From an uncultured Pseudomonadales bacterium (lineage in GTDB: Bacteria; Patescibacteriota; Microgenomatia; UBA1400; PJMF01), in assembly GCA_964511345.1 (NCBI GenBank), contig CAZEEV010000001.1, positions 220,342-284,341 on the forward strand: DNA of 64,000 nucleotides, given 5' to 3'. Positions 10,394 to 20,715 of this stretch are shown here, in pieces (the first letter of the stretch is position 1; every line of letters starts with the position of its first letter). The notes beneath the pieces are model-generated. The model was not told the DNA's origin and did no database searches. It saw only the letters and a program-made list of their open reading frames with translations. The translations under genes and the position numbers were made by a program.

Positions 10394-11467
10394 CTATTTT
10401 TTAAGTTTAGCATGTCTTGCTATGGAGAGTAAGACTCCGCTTGCGAAAAATAGCATTAAAAGCGAAGATCCTCCTTGAGAAAAGAAGGGTAGCGGCATAC
10501 CACTTAAAGGCAGTAGCACTACTACAGCTGACAAGTTAAATAGCAATTGAATAGCTATCCAGGCTAAAATTCCATAATAAAGTAAATGTTCGTATTTACT
10601 TAAATCTTTATTTCTAACCATAGCATTAGCCAAAATAAAATAACAAGCAAACAGAGTAATGATGATAAAAGAACCAACAAAACCTATTTCTTCTGCCACG
10701 ATAGCAAAAATAGAATCACTACTGGCCTCTGGCACATAAGAATATTTTTGTTGAGAATTACCAATACCTCTACCTAACCATGAACCCCCACCTAAAGCCA
10801 AAGTAATTTGCCTGACATGATAAGAATCTTCCAAAACATTTTCCTCTGGATTTAAAAAAGTCGTCAATCTTTCTCTTCTGTAAGGACTAAATAAAACCAC
10901 TAATAGTGCTAATAAAAATCCGCCAGCAAATACCATTGATAAAAGTTTGATATTCGCACCTGATAAGAAATAGACAATTAAACTGCTAGCTACCAAAATC
11001 ATTAAAGATCCAAAATCTGGTTGCAATAAAATTAAAATAGTTGGCCATAATAAAAAAAACAGAAAACTTTTTAAATCCAATTTTTTGGATAATAAATAAG
11101 CATAAAAATTGATCAATACAAATTTAAAAATCTCCACTGGTTGCAAAGTACCAAAAGGTAAACTGATCCAACGACGAGCTCCATTTAATTTTAAACCTAT
11201 TCCTGGAATTAAAGTTAAAATTAACAATAAAATATTTAAAACATAAAAATGTAGCGCAAATTTTTCGAAATATTTAACTTTTATTCTGCTTGAAAAGAAA
11301 AACACCACAAAAGAAATCGCCAACCACAAAGCTTGTTGCTTAAAAAAATGATATTGATGTCCAAATAACTTAAAGCTTTCCACCGTAGACGCTTCAAAAA
11401 CAAAGAATAATCCGATCAAAGAAAGGGCAATGACTAAAAAATAAAAAAATTTAGAAGATGATGACAT
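10394..11467 (-). CDS. ftsW: SEDS protein FtsW
   Basis: NGARRWI, QPDFG, GRGIGNSQQK, PEASSDSIFA; dcw position. Confidence 0.9.
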   Translation of the reverse strand: MSSSSKFFYFLVIALSLIGLFFVFEASTVESFKLFGHQYHFFKQQALWLAISFVVFFFSSRIKVKYFEKFALHFYVLNILLLILTLIPGIGLKLNGARRWISLPFGTLQPVEIFKFVLINFYAYLLSKKLDLKSFLFFLLWPTILILLQPDFGSLMILVASSLIVYFLSGANIKLLSMVFAGGFLLALLVVLFSPYRRERLTTFLNPEENVLEDSYHVRQITLALGGGSWLGRGIGNSQQKYSYVPEASSDSIFAIVAEEIGFVGSFIIITLFACYFILANAMVRNKDLSKYEHLLYYGILAWIAIQLLFNLSAVVVLLPLSGMPLPFFSQGGSSLLMLFFASGVLLSIARHAKLKK

Positions 11468-11485
11468 GGGTTCTTAATCAGCTAT

Positions 11486-12529
11486 TTAAATCACCGCCAA
11501 CCACACTCCAAAAATCGTCAGCATAATTTGCAACAACCAAGCTCGTTGTACAATTTTTGGCTCCTCCCAGCCTCTTTCTTGAAAAGTTAAATGAAGTGGG
11601 GCAGCTGGCATAATTTTTTTCTTAAAATATTTTTTAGCTATTAATTGAATTAAAGAACTGGCAATTTCTGCCACAAAAATAAAACTGATGATCACTAAAG
11701 CTACTACTTTACCCAATAACAAACCAACCACTGCTAAAGTTGCACCAAAAGCTAATGAACCAACATCACCCATAAAAATTCTGGCCGGAAAAACATTGAA
11801 GTAAAGAAAAGAAACTAAAGCTCCTAACCACAATGCTAGAAACACTGACAGAGGCACATCTAAAATTGTTGATGACAAAATCCATAGACCAAAAGAAGAA
11901 AACAATAATAAGCCAGAAGCAAGACCGTCTAAACCATCTGTGATATTAACAGCATTGGCAAAAGCCACAATTACAAAGGCAGCAAAGGGAATATAAAAAT
12001 AACCTAATTGCAGAGTGCCAATAAAAGGAATGTGTAAAATAGAAATTTCTAACTGGAAATAAATCATGCAGGAAATAATAACTGCCAAAACTACTTGTAG
12101 AATCAATTTTTGACGCATGCGCAAACCAAAAAACTTACTGTCATTGAAACGGAAAAATTTTTTAATATCGTCATAAAGACCCAAAATCGCAAAAGATAAA
12201 AAAGTAAAAAACAAAATGTTAACTTCAGCTTGACTATTGCGATGAATACTCGTCACCTCAATGCCAAAGTAATTAAGGGCTGGAATCATCAAAGCAAAAA
12301 GTAAAGAAACCATTATCACCACTAATAAACCTCCGCCAACTGGTACGCCAGCTTTGCTAGAGTGAAACTTATCAAAAATAGGCGTACGTTTGCCAAAGGC
12401 ATCTAAGGTTTTTTGATCCTGACGACGAAAACGTAATTTATAAAGTAAATTAATGAATGGCACTACTGCGCTACTAGTTAAAGTAAAAGAAAAAATTAAA
12501 ATCCCTAAAAAAAGTGCTAGCGATCCCAT
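11486..12529 (-). CDS. mraY: Phospho-N-acetylmuramoyl-pentapeptide transferase
   Basis: GLYDD, NAVNITDGLDGLA, IFMGDVGS, APLH. Confidence 0.95.
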   Translation of the reverse strand: MGSLALFLGILIFSFTLTSSAVVPFINLLYKLRFRRQDQKTLDAFGKRTPIFDKFHSSKAGVPVGGGLLVVIMVSLLFALMIPALNYFGIEVTSIHRNSQAEVNILFFTFLSFAILGLYDDIKKFFRFNDSKFFGLRMRQKLILQVVLAVIISCMIYFQLEISILHIPFIGTLQLGYFYIPFAAFVIVAFANAVNITDGLDGLASGLLLFSSFGLWILSSTILDVPLSVFLALWLGALVSFLYFNVFPARIFMGDVGSLAFGATLAVVGLLLGKVVALVIISFIFVAEIASSLIQLIAKKYFKKKIMPAAPLHLTFQERGWEEPKIVQRAWLLQIMLTIFGVWLAVI

Positions 12530-13851
12530 GTTGTCCTTTCAATCTTGGCTCCCATCAAAATTAATTTTTCATCTATTTTTTGATAACCGCGTTCAACTTG
12601 CTCAATATTATGCAAAATAGTTTTGCCCTTAGCCCCAATAGCTGCCAACAAAATAGTAGCGCCAGCTCGCAAATCATGAATAGTAAATTCACCTCCTCTG
12701 AAATCTGTCGGGCCAGAAATTTTAATGGCATGGCGATCACTTTCAAGATGATCCTGCCAATTAAAATTGTAGAGTTCCTCTGGATTTTTTACTGTTGGAT
12801 TAAAATATTCAATTTTAGCTCCCATTGCCTTTAAATCTTCCACATATTGAAAGCGATTTTGCATCACAGTTTCGTGAATAATACTTTCACCATGACATTG
12901 GCAGAGCAGAGTAGCAAAAAGAGGTTGCCAATCAGTCATAAATCCAGGATGAATTTCTGTTTCTACGTCGGTAGCTTGCAATGGTCCCTTATAAAAGAAA
13001 CGAATACCGTAGTCACCAATTTCATAACCCGCCCCAATTTCATCCAACTTATTCAAAAAAGCTTTTAAATCATTATGTCTAGCATTCTCCACCACAATAT
13101 CGCCCCTGCTAGCAATAGCCGCACAAGCATAACTAACTGCTTCGTTGCGATCTGGCATAATCTTATGAATTGCTCCATTCAATTTTTCAACGCCATCAAT
13201 TTCAATTTTTCTAAAAGAGCGACGGCGAATTTTAGCTCCCATTTGATTAAGGAAGAGAATTAAATCATCGATTTCTGGCTCCTCAGCAGCATTTTCCAAA
13301 ATTGTTTTACCTTTGGCTAATACAGCAGCCATAATTAAAGTTTCGGTTCCAGTATGAGTATTTTTTTCAAAACGATAAGTACAACCTTTAAGTTGTTTAC
13401 AAGTGGCTTTTAAAATTCCATCTTCTTGAGTAAACTGAGCTCCCATTAATTCTAGGCCCATCATATGTCTCTCTAAAGGACGTTTACCAATTTTATCTCC
13501 ACCTGGCAGTGGAACTTCAGCATGACCAAATTTAGCCAGAAGAGCTGGAATAAAAAGAGTGGAAGCACGAGATTGCTCGCCATGATTTTGCTGAATGCCA
13601 GAGAAACGAAAATTTTTAGGATTAATAATAAAAGTACGCTCACCAACGCGATGTGCCCCTGCTCCAAGCTCGTTGATAATCTGTGCCACTAAATCAACAT
13701 CAGAAATATCTGGCAAATTTAATAAACGACTTTCAGCGCTACCAAGCAAAGCCGCAATCATTAACTTATAAGAAGCATTTTTAGCTCCACCAACTCTTAC
13801 CGAACCATAAAGAGGAGTTCCCCCCGTAACTATGAAGCTTGCTTTAGACAT
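12517..13851 (-). CDS. murA: UDP-N-acetylglucosamine 1-carboxyvinyltransferase
   Basis: GAKNA, LPGGDKIGKRP, NAAEEPEI, PGFMTDWQ, DLRAGA, RGY. Confidence 0.97.
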   Translation of the reverse strand: MSKASFIVTGGTPLYGSVRVGGAKNASYKLMIAALLGSAESRLLNLPDISDVDLVAQIINELGAGAHRVGERTFIINPKNFRFSGIQQNHGEQSRASTLFIPALLAKFGHAEVPLPGGDKIGKRPLERHMMGLELMGAQFTQEDGILKATCKQLKGCTYRFEKNTHTGTETLIMAAVLAKGKTILENAAEEPEIDDLILFLNQMGAKIRRRSFRKIEIDGVEKLNGAIHKIMPDRNEAVSYACAAIASRGDIVVENARHNDLKAFLNKLDEIGAGYEIGDYGIRFFYKGPLQATDVETEIHPGFMTDWQPLFATLLCQCHGESIIHETVMQNRFQYVEDLKAMGAKIEYFNPTVKNPEELYNFNWQDHLESDRHAIKISGPTDFRGGEFTIHDLRAGATILLAAIGAKGKTILHNIEQVERGYQKIDEKLILMGAKIERTTWDR

Positions 13852-13873
13852 ATTTTTCTTTCCTTCTAAAACC

Positions 13874-14848
13874 CTAGGTTAAATAAAAAACTTCCTCTTT
13901 TAGAATAACATTAAATTTCTCTAAAACCACTGCCTTAACCTTGGCTACTAATTTCTTGACGTCACTGGCCTTGCCATTTCCTAAATTTACAAAAAAAGCA
14001 GAATGTTTTTCACTTACTTGAATACCTCCTTCTCTCGTACCTTTAAGACCAGCTTGTTCAATTAAAAAACCAGATGGAATGAATTCCGCTTCGCTGAATT
14101 TCGGAAAAAGTTTTTTTAACTCATCGGTATTACGAGGATTTTGAAAAACACAACCGCAACTTGGCATATTTAGAGGTTGGCGAGACTCACGTCTTTCCAT
14201 TGAATCTTTAATTGTTGTTTTAATTTTCTCTGGATCATCTTTTTTTAATGCAAAAACTGCAGAAAAAATTAATAGATCTTTATTTTTTTGAAAAATGGAT
14301 TGCTCATAAGCAAAATCACAATTTTCATGTGAAAATGTAACAATTTCTCCTTTTTTCACGTCAAAAGCTTCAACTTCCTTAATATGATTGCCAATTAAGT
14401 TGTCCAAATAATGAGCATTGTTATAAATCGCTCCACCTAATGTTCCTGGCACACCAATAAAACCTTCTAGACCACTGCCACCTCTATTAGCCGTTTGCGC
14501 CACCAAATAAGCAGTTTTCATACCAGCGTCAGCTCGAACAATCAATTCCTGATCATTGTCATTAATAATCTCAAGCTCCTTAAAATCTAGGCTTAAAACT
14601 AAACCTCTTAAACCCTCATCAGCAATAATTACATTACTGGCTCCACCTAAAATATAAAATTTAATATTTTGTTTGTGACAAAAAGATAACAAATCTGCTG
14701 CCTCTTGGCGACTCTTGGCACTATAAAAAACCTCTGCATTACCACCAATTTTGAAATAACTTTTCGAGGCAAGCGGATAATTAAAAAGGAAGTCTAGGGA
14801 AGGAAAATTTTGCTTAAAAAGCTGTTCTAAATTCATAGTCTTTTTCAT
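13874..14848 (-). CDS. murB: UDP-N-acetylenolpyruvoylglucosamine reductase
   Basis: FKIGGNA, LGGASNV, GVPGTLGGAIYNNA, QPLNMPSCGCVFQNP, SEKHSAFFVN. Confidence 0.95.
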   Translation of the reverse strand: MKKTMNLEQLFKQNFPSLDFLFNYPLASKSYFKIGGNAEVFYSAKSRQEAADLLSFCHKQNIKFYILGGASNVIIADEGLRGLVLSLDFKELEIINDNDQELIVRADAGMKTAYLVAQTANRGGSGLEGFIGVPGTLGGAIYNNAHYLDNLIGNHIKEVEAFDVKKGEIVTFSHENCDFAYEQSIFQKNKDLLIFSAVFALKKDDPEKIKTTIKDSMERRESRQPLNMPSCGCVFQNPRNTDELKKLFPKFSEAEFIPSGFLIEQAGLKGTREGGIQVSEKHSAFFVNLGNGKASDVKKLVAKVKAVVLEKFNVILKEEVFYLT

Positions 14849-14896
14849 TCTATCACGAGATGTGATTATACAAATAAGGTTTATAATGAGAGCGCA

Positions 14897-15574
14897 ATGG
14901 AAATTATAAAACCAGGTTTATATTTGGTTGATAAACCAAGCGGTCCGAGTAGTCACGCCATTGTTAATTATTTCAGAAAAAAAAGCGGCATTAAAAGAGT
15001 GGGACATTGTGGCACCCTAGATCCGCTTGCCTCCGGCTTACTTATTATTCTCGTCGGTCGAGAATATACCAAACAACAAAATCTTTATTTAAAAAAAGAT
15101 AAAGAATATCTAGTACAAGCCCAACTAGGAATTGAAACTGATACTTACGATAAAACTGGCAAAATAATCAAGCAAGTAGAGTGGCAAGAACTAAAACAAA
15201 TTAATAAAAAAGATTTATTAAATATTCTGCCTGAGTTTAAAGGTAAAATTAAACAAACAGTCCCAATTTTTTCCGCCGTGAAAATTAAAGGACAAAAACT
15301 TTACCAAAAAGCCAGAAGGGGAGAAAAGGTTATCTTGCCAAGTCGAGAAATCAATATCACTAAATTAACTCTCAAAGACTTTAAGAAAGACGTGAAAAAC
15401 CAAATTATCAGCTTCGAGCTTTTGGTTGCTTGTTCAAGTGGTACCTACATCAGATCTCTCATTCACGATTTGGGGGAAAAACTAAAAGTTGGAGCACACG
15501 TCACAATACTACGTCGCACCAAAATTGATAAATTTCACGTGAAAAAAAGTATTTCTATTAATTGGGATAGTTAG
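14897..15574 (+). CDS. truB: tRNA pseudouridine(55) synthase
   Basis: VDKPSGPSSH, GHCGTLDPLASGLL, CSSGTYIRSL. Confidence 0.97.
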   Translation: MEIIKPGLYLVDKPSGPSSHAIVNYFRKKSGIKRVGHCGTLDPLASGLLIILVGREYTKQQNLYLKKDKEYLVQAQLGIETDTYDKTGKIIKQVEWQELKQINKKDLLNILPEFKGKIKQTVPIFSAVKIKGQKLYQKARRGEKVILPSREINITKLTLKDFKKDVKNQIISFELLVACSSGTYIRSLIHDLGEKLKVGAHVTILRRTKIDKFHVKKSISINWDS

Positions 15575-16139
15575 CTTTAGTCACAGCGCTAATGGCTGCC
15601 GGTGGCCAATATCTGAAAAAGACTCTGCCAATGATATCGTCTTTAGTAATCGCTCCCCAAGCTCTGGAATCACTTGAATATGGACGGTTGTCTCCTGAGA
15701 CGAAAAATTCATTGGGTCCTAAATAAACACTTTTATCTTTAGTGGCGTTGCCAGGTAAAATGGGGAAATCACTAGGAATATATGGTTCTGGTAATTGATT
15801 GCCATTGACCCAAATCGCATTATTTTTTACTTCAACAGTGTCACCTGGTACTCCCAAAATACGCTTAATGAAATCGCAACCAGTGCCTTCTGGACAATGA
15901 GCAGCTGGAGGAGCGTGAAAAACCACGATCTCTCCACGTTGCGGATCCCTCATTTTATAAGACACTTTATCGGTTAAAACATGTTCTCCGTCCTGAAAAT
16001 TAGGCACCATAGATTGACCATTAACCTGATGTGGTTGCAAGAAAAATAAATAAACCACCAAAAAAATCGAAAAAGAAATAGCCATGGTTTCAATTAAGTC
16101 TAGAAAAGTGGCACCAATTTTTTGAAAAACGTTTTGCAT
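15558..16139 (-). CDS. lepB: Signal peptidase I
   Basis: GQSMVPN, FIKRILGVPGD, GDNRPYSSDSR; ATG 16139 chosen as start. Confidence 0.95.
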   Translation of the reverse strand: MQNVFQKIGATFLDLIETMAISFSIFLVVYLFFLQPHQVNGQSMVPNFQDGEHVLTDKVSYKMRDPQRGEIVVFHAPPAAHCPEGTGCDFIKRILGVPGDTVEVKNNAIWVNGNQLPEPYIPSDFPILPGNATKDKSVYLGPNEFFVSGDNRPYSSDSRAWGAITKDDIIGRVFFRYWPPAAISAVTKANYPN

Positions 16140-16209
16140 AACAGCCAATATGTTACTACTTTTCTAAGCCTGCTTGCAAGCATTATTGTTTATACCTACA
16201 ATAAGACCT

Positions 16210-17433
16210 GTGCATTATCAAAAACACGCTATTGCTGGCTTTAGTTGGCAAACCTTACAAAAGATCTTTCTTACTGGTTTGAGTTTTTTGAAAATTTTCA
16301 TTTTAGCCAGACTACTGAGTCCAGAGCAATTTGGCTTATTTTCTTTAATCATGATTGCTTTGGGAACGACTGAGAGTATTACTCAAACCGGAGTAAATAC
16401 CACTATTTTACAGTCTAAGCAACCTATTAAATATTTTTTAGATACTGCTTTTGTGATTGCCATCATTAGAGGTTTTGTGATTGGCTCTTTAATGATCGTC
16501 ATGGGCTATCTAATGAGCAATTACTATCACGAGCCTGCTTTATTCCCCATGATAGCAGTCATTGCTCTAGTACCGATCATCAAAGGCTTCATTAATCCTG
16601 CAATCGTTAGTTGGCAAAAAAACTTTGAATTTGCTAAAGACAGTTTTTATTCTTCTTTGAGGATGACTGTCGAAATTTTGGCACAGATCGCTTTAGCATT
16701 TTTAATGCACTCTGTCTGGGCTTTGGTTTTAGGAGTCATTGTTGGTGCAATTTTTGAGGTCTGTCTATCTTTCATTATGTTACAAGAAAAACCTGTTTTT
16801 CATTACATTAAGAGTCGGGGCGTGGCCATTTTCAAAAACGCTCGCTGGCTAAGTTTAAGTAGTTTGCTGAGCTATTTAAATGACAACGTAGATGATTTTT
16901 TACTGGGCAAAATTGTAGGCACTCATCGCTTGGGAATTTATCATAATGCCTATGCTCTCAGTCATAAAGTAAATTATGAACTCTCTAAGTCCGCCTATCA
17001 TGGCATCATGCCCATTTTCAACAAAATGACACAAAATGACGAAAATTTGCGACTTAAAAGAGCGTTTTTTAAATCGTTTTTTGCAACTTTAGCAATTGTG
17101 ACATTAATCTCTGTCCCACTCATCTTCTTTCCTGAATTTTTAGTAAATTTTCTCCTAGGTGAGCAATGGCTAGAGGCCATTGATATCTTGCGCATCTTAA
17201 CTTTGGCCGGTTTAGTGCACACTATGGCCAACCTCTGTTATGCTCTGATTATTGCTAAAAAAAAGTATCTTTATCTAAACGCTCACATGATTGTATCTTT
17301 AACTTTACTTATATCTGGAATCATTATTTTAGGCAACAAATATGGTCTAATGGGAGCTGTTTATGCTATCTTTATTTCCAGATTGATCTCTCTACCAATT
17401 GCTCTAGCTGGAGTTAAAAAGAGTTTAGAATAA
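16210..17433 (+). CDS. Wzx-type oligosaccharide flippase (polysaccharide biosynthesis protein)
   Basis: ILARLLSPEQFGLF, multi-TM; GTG 16210 preferred as start. Confidence 0.85.
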   Translation: MHYQKHAIAGFSWQTLQKIFLTGLSFLKIFILARLLSPEQFGLFSLIMIALGTTESITQTGVNTTILQSKQPIKYFLDTAFVIAIIRGFVIGSLMIVMGYLMSNYYHEPALFPMIAVIALVPIIKGFINPAIVSWQKNFEFAKDSFYSSLRMTVEILAQIALAFLMHSVWALVLGVIVGAIFEVCLSFIMLQEKPVFHYIKSRGVAIFKNARWLSLSSLLSYLNDNVDDFLLGKIVGTHRLGIYHNAYALSHKVNYELSKSAYHGIMPIFNKMTQNDENLRLKRAFFKSFFATLAIVTLISVPLIFFPEFLVNFLLGEQWLEAIDILRILTLAGLVHTMANLCYALIIAKKKYLYLNAHMIVSLTLLISGIIILGNKYGLMGAVYAIFISRLISLPIALAGVKKSLE

Positions 17434-17434
17434 T

Positions 17435-18550
17435 ATGAAATTCTTTCTAATTAGTTTAGTATTTTTACTATCTTTGGGACAATTACAAAGAATTCAGATC
17501 ACCAATAATCTTGCATTTTATTTGCATGATTTACTAATCGTTGGTTTTTTGCTAAAAGAACTTTTTGCAGGAAATTTGCAAAGAAAAAAAATTATTGAAA
17601 ACGCAAAAAAAATAATTAAAAAGCAAAAAAAAATCATTTTTCTTTTTTTCATCGTGGTTTTCTTATCTTGGATCTTAGCTTTATTAGAAAATAGATTCGA
17701 TCCAAGAGCAATTTTATATTTAAGTCGCTTAAGTGCTTATTTTGCTTTCATCATCATCTTACAAAAGCAATTAAAAAATAAAAGTTTATTGTGGCGAATT
17801 ATTTCTTTTAATATTTTATTGCTTGGATTTTTGCAATATTTTTTCTTGCCGGATTTGCGGTTTTTAATTTATGAAGGCTATGACGATCATCTTTATCGTT
17901 TAACTAGCACCATCTTAGATCCAGCTTTCACTGGCTTAATTTTTGTTTTTAACCTGAATTATTATTTGTGGCAAAAAAAGAAAAATTACTTACTCATTGG
18001 CTTATTTGCCATTGGCTTATTACTCACTTACTCAAGAGCGTCTTATTTGGCTTTTGGCTTGAGTAGCTTGTTAATGATTTTTCTTAACAAGGAAATTAGC
18101 AAAAAAGCTATCTTTTTAATTCTGTTTTGCTTTTGTTTGACTATGCCTTTTTTACCAAAAAAGAGTGGTGGAGACGGAGTAAATTTACTCAGAACTGTTT
18201 CAGCGCAAAAAAGAATTAACAATGATCAAGAAATTCTGCAAAGTATGACTGGTGCACAATGGTTGTTTGGTCAAGGATTATTTATTCCAGCTAAAAATAG
18301 AGTTTTCACTGAAAATATTCCCAGTCATTCTCATTTTGCTGATAATTTGTTGGTATTTCTAATCAGTAATCTAGGTATCGTTGGCAGTGCCATTTTATTA
18401 ATATCTTTTTTCAAGTTCGCCATTAAAAACCAATCGGTAGAACAAAAAATTTTGACAACAAGTTTGACCACTCATGCCATGTTTAATTACAGCCTCACTC
18501 AAAGTTTTGTCGTGCTAATCTTCTTAGGATTGTATTTTTCGAGAGATTAA
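17435..18550 (+). CDS. O-antigen ligase/Wzy_C family membrane protein
   Basis: RLTSTILDP, LLTYSRASY, HFADN; multi-TM. Confidence 0.75.
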   Translation: MKFFLISLVFLLSLGQLQRIQITNNLAFYLHDLLIVGFLLKELFAGNLQRKKIIENAKKIIKKQKKIIFLFFIVVFLSWILALLENRFDPRAILYLSRLSAYFAFIIILQKQLKNKSLLWRIISFNILLLGFLQYFFLPDLRFLIYEGYDDHLYRLTSTILDPAFTGLIFVFNLNYYLWQKKKNYLLIGLFAIGLLLTYSRASYLAFGLSSLLMIFLNKEISKKAIFLILFCFCLTMPFLPKKSGGDGVNLLRTVSAQKRINNDQEILQSMTGAQWLFGQGLFIPAKNRVFTENIPSHSHFADNLLVFLISNLGIVGSAILLISFFKFAIKNQSVEQKILTTSLTTHAMFNYSLTQSFVVLIFLGLYFSRD

Positions 18551-19311
18551 AATCTAAATTCAACTTCGATTTTCTTTTGTGTTTTATTAGTAGCCTTATC
18601 AATGGCTTCAAACTCTAGCTCATTTTTACCTTCATTTAAATAGTAGTTGGTGGAAAAATTACCTTCGCTGTCAGCTAAAACCATTCTGCCATTTACCAAA
18701 ACTTTAGCGTTCGCCTCTGTTTTGCCTTTGATGGTGGTGGTGCGATTTTTTTTCAATTCAATCACGGCGCCATCTTTTGGCTCTTCAATTTCCAAAATTG
18801 GTAACTCAGAATCCTTGGCAATTAGGTAAGAGCGAGTTTTAAGTGACTCATTGCCAGCTTCATCTACTCCAAAAATTGACAGTTCGTTTTCTCCATCAGA
18901 TAGGGCTAATTCATGCTCAAATTGTCCTTCCTCGGAAACTATGATTTCTGCACTTTTGGCAGAATTAAGCAAAAAAATCACTCTGCTTTTGGGTTCAGCA
19001 AAACCTTTCAAATTTAAACTCGCAGAAAAAGTCGCTTCGACTGGATTGCTAGCTAAAACTGGCACTTGAGGAGGAACAGTGTCCTTTTCCACCATAGGAG
19101 AATCTTTATCGATAATGGCAAAAAATAACCTAATTAAACTAGGCATGATCAAAAAAACAAATAGCAGCAAAATAACAATACCAAAAAATAGAAAATAAAA
19201 AGTTTGTTTTTGAATTTTACTTTTTTCTCTTTTAACTAAACGAGAAGAAGCGAAGTTTTTTTTATCGGCTTTTTTTTGATAAATTGAAGAATAGCGACGA
19301 GAATTAAACAT
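18547..19311 (-). CDS. Membrane-anchored protein with two bacterial Ig-like domains
   Basis: One TM segment; repeated L..GENE...DEAGN and LNEGKNE...DKATN motifs. Confidence 0.7.
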   Translation of the reverse strand: MFNSRRYSSIYQKKADKKNFASSRLVKREKSKIQKQTFYFLFFGIVILLLFVFLIMPSLIRLFFAIIDKDSPMVEKDTVPPQVPVLASNPVEATFSASLNLKGFAEPKSRVIFLLNSAKSAEIIVSEEGQFEHELALSDGENELSIFGVDEAGNESLKTRSYLIAKDSELPILEIEEPKDGAVIELKKNRTTTIKGKTEANAKVLVNGRMVLADSEGNFSTNYYLNEGKNELEFEAIDKATNKTQKKIEVEFRF

Positions 19312-19315
19312 GTTT

Positions 19316-20452
19316 TTATCTTACCACAACTCGCTTCACAGATTCAGCTAAATTAACCAATAATTCATATGGAATTACCTTGATTAATTTGGCATTTTCA
19401 AGAAGATTGTTTTTGTCTGTAATCTTAGACGAATAAATAATGACTTTTTCACCAATTTTTGGATTTTTCAATTTAGAAATATCAACACTAGTCATATTCA
19501 TTGAGACTCGACCAATAATCGGACAATAAATATTTCTAATTTTCACGCAACCAAGATTCGATAACCCTCTATGAACCCCTTCATAATAACCAGCTGGCAA
19601 CAAACCAATAGTCATATCTTTTTTTGCTTGAAAAGTGCAATTATAACCAACCAAATCACCTTTAGAAATTTTTTTAATTTGCACCAGGGTGGAAGAAAAT
19701 TCTAAGGCTGGTTTGAGTGCAATTTTGTTTTTGTCGGCATCATTTTGAGCTAAAGGATTGATACCATAATGCGCCAAACCAACTCTTAGCATATTAAAAG
19801 CTTTATCTTTAACTTTAAAGGCTCCGCCTGAAGCCGAAATATGTCGCCATTTAGGATCAATGCCAAATTCTTGCATAATTTCTAAAGCTTTTTTAAAAGT
19901 TTCAATTTGCTGTTTAGTAAATTCTAGAGAGGACGGATTGTCTGCATCAGCGAAATGCGAGCATAAACCTGTCGCTTTTAAGTTGCGCAGTTTTTTAATC
20001 TCGGCTAAAAATTGAGGAAGATCGGCAATTTTGACACCTTCGCGATTCATGCCTGTATCGACAAAAATATGGACAGAACATCTAGCCTGATATCTGTTAA
20101 GTATTTTCGCTAAATCTAGATCAAAAACAGCGATTTCAAAAGGCAGTTTTTTCACTTTAAAATTCTCTGGAGCGGTGTAGCCCATGATCAGAACTGGTGT
20201 TTTGACTTTTAATTTGTAAAGCTCGTAAGCCTCAAACAAACTATCAACAATTAAAAATGGGCTACCCATGGCATCAAAAATTGTGGCAGTCTCTTTTAAA
20301 CCATGGCCATAGGCATTGCTTTTTAAAACAGGGCAGACTTTAGCTTCTTGATGGAGAGCTTGAATTTTTTGATGATTGGCGAGTAGAGCAGATTTAGAAA
20401 CGGAAATTTTATTTAGGTTCTGGTAGGAACGTTTTTGTAAAAAGCGAAACAT
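19316..20452 (-). CDS. alr: Alanine racemase
   Basis: VLKSNAYGHG, VDTGMNREG, SHFADAD, GRVSMNM; ATG 20452 used because the longer ORF start lies inside tRNA-Thr. Confidence 0.95.
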   Translation of the reverse strand: MFRFLQKRSYQNLNKISVSKSALLANHQKIQALHQEAKVCPVLKSNAYGHGLKETATIFDAMGSPFLIVDSLFEAYELYKLKVKTPVLIMGYTAPENFKVKKLPFEIAVFDLDLAKILNRYQARCSVHIFVDTGMNREGVKIADLPQFLAEIKKLRNLKATGLCSHFADADNPSSLEFTKQQIETFKKALEIMQEFGIDPKWRHISASGGAFKVKDKAFNMLRVGLAHYGINPLAQNDADKNKIALKPALEFSSTLVQIKKISKGDLVGYNCTFQAKKDMTIGLLPAGYYEGVHRGLSNLGCVKIRNIYCPIIGRVSMNMTSVDISKLKNPKIGEKVIIYSSKITDKNNLLENAKLIKVIPYELLVNLAESVKRVVVR

Positions 20453-20458
20453 ATGCTG

Positions 20459-20531
20459 AGCCAAAGGTGGGAATCGAACCCACGACCGACGGTTTACGAT
20501 ACCGTTGCTCTACCAACTGAGCTACTTTGGC
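20459..20531 (-). tRNA. tRNA-Thr(CGT)
   Basis: GCCAAAG/CTTTGGC acceptor, ACGGT-atCGTaa-ACCGT, GGTTCGATTCC; no encoded CCA. Confidence 0.95.
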
Positions 20532-20550
20532 ACCTAGATTCTATCACTTA

Positions 20551-20649
20551 ATTGCTCTTGCTACGCAAGATTAATCATCTGAGCGACCGAAGGGAGTCCA
20601 CTCTTCGAATACTAGGAGGGTGCTAGTCGCACTCTCCGTCGGAACCCTC
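20551..20649 (-). mobile_element. Duplicated tRNA-Gly(CCC) 3' end plus hairpin, T-loop split by a 43-bp insert
   Basis: 20551-20598 matches 20685-20732 at 45/48; insert 20599-20641 separates AGGGAGTC from GAACCCTC. Confidence 0.7.
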
Positions 20650-20678
20650 TTTTCAGCTTTTTCTTTCACTCGCTCTTT

Positions 20679-20715
20679 CACATGATTGCTCTTGCTGCGC
20701 AAGAGTAATCATGTG
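20679..20715 (-). terminator. Hairpin immediately 3' of tRNA-Gly(CCC)
   Basis: CACATGATTGCTCTTGC-TGC-GCAAGAGTAATCATGTG near-perfect inverted repeat; no clear U-tract. Confidence 0.55.

Noticed and set aside
5783-14848. dcw cluster lacking murC/D/E/F and ftsI
   Set aside because: They may be elsewhere; absence cannot be judged from one window.
20581-20649. Intron-containing or split tRNA gene
   Set aside because: The echo lacks the 5' half, D-arm and anticodon arm; intact genes lie upstream; inserts are too short for group I introns.
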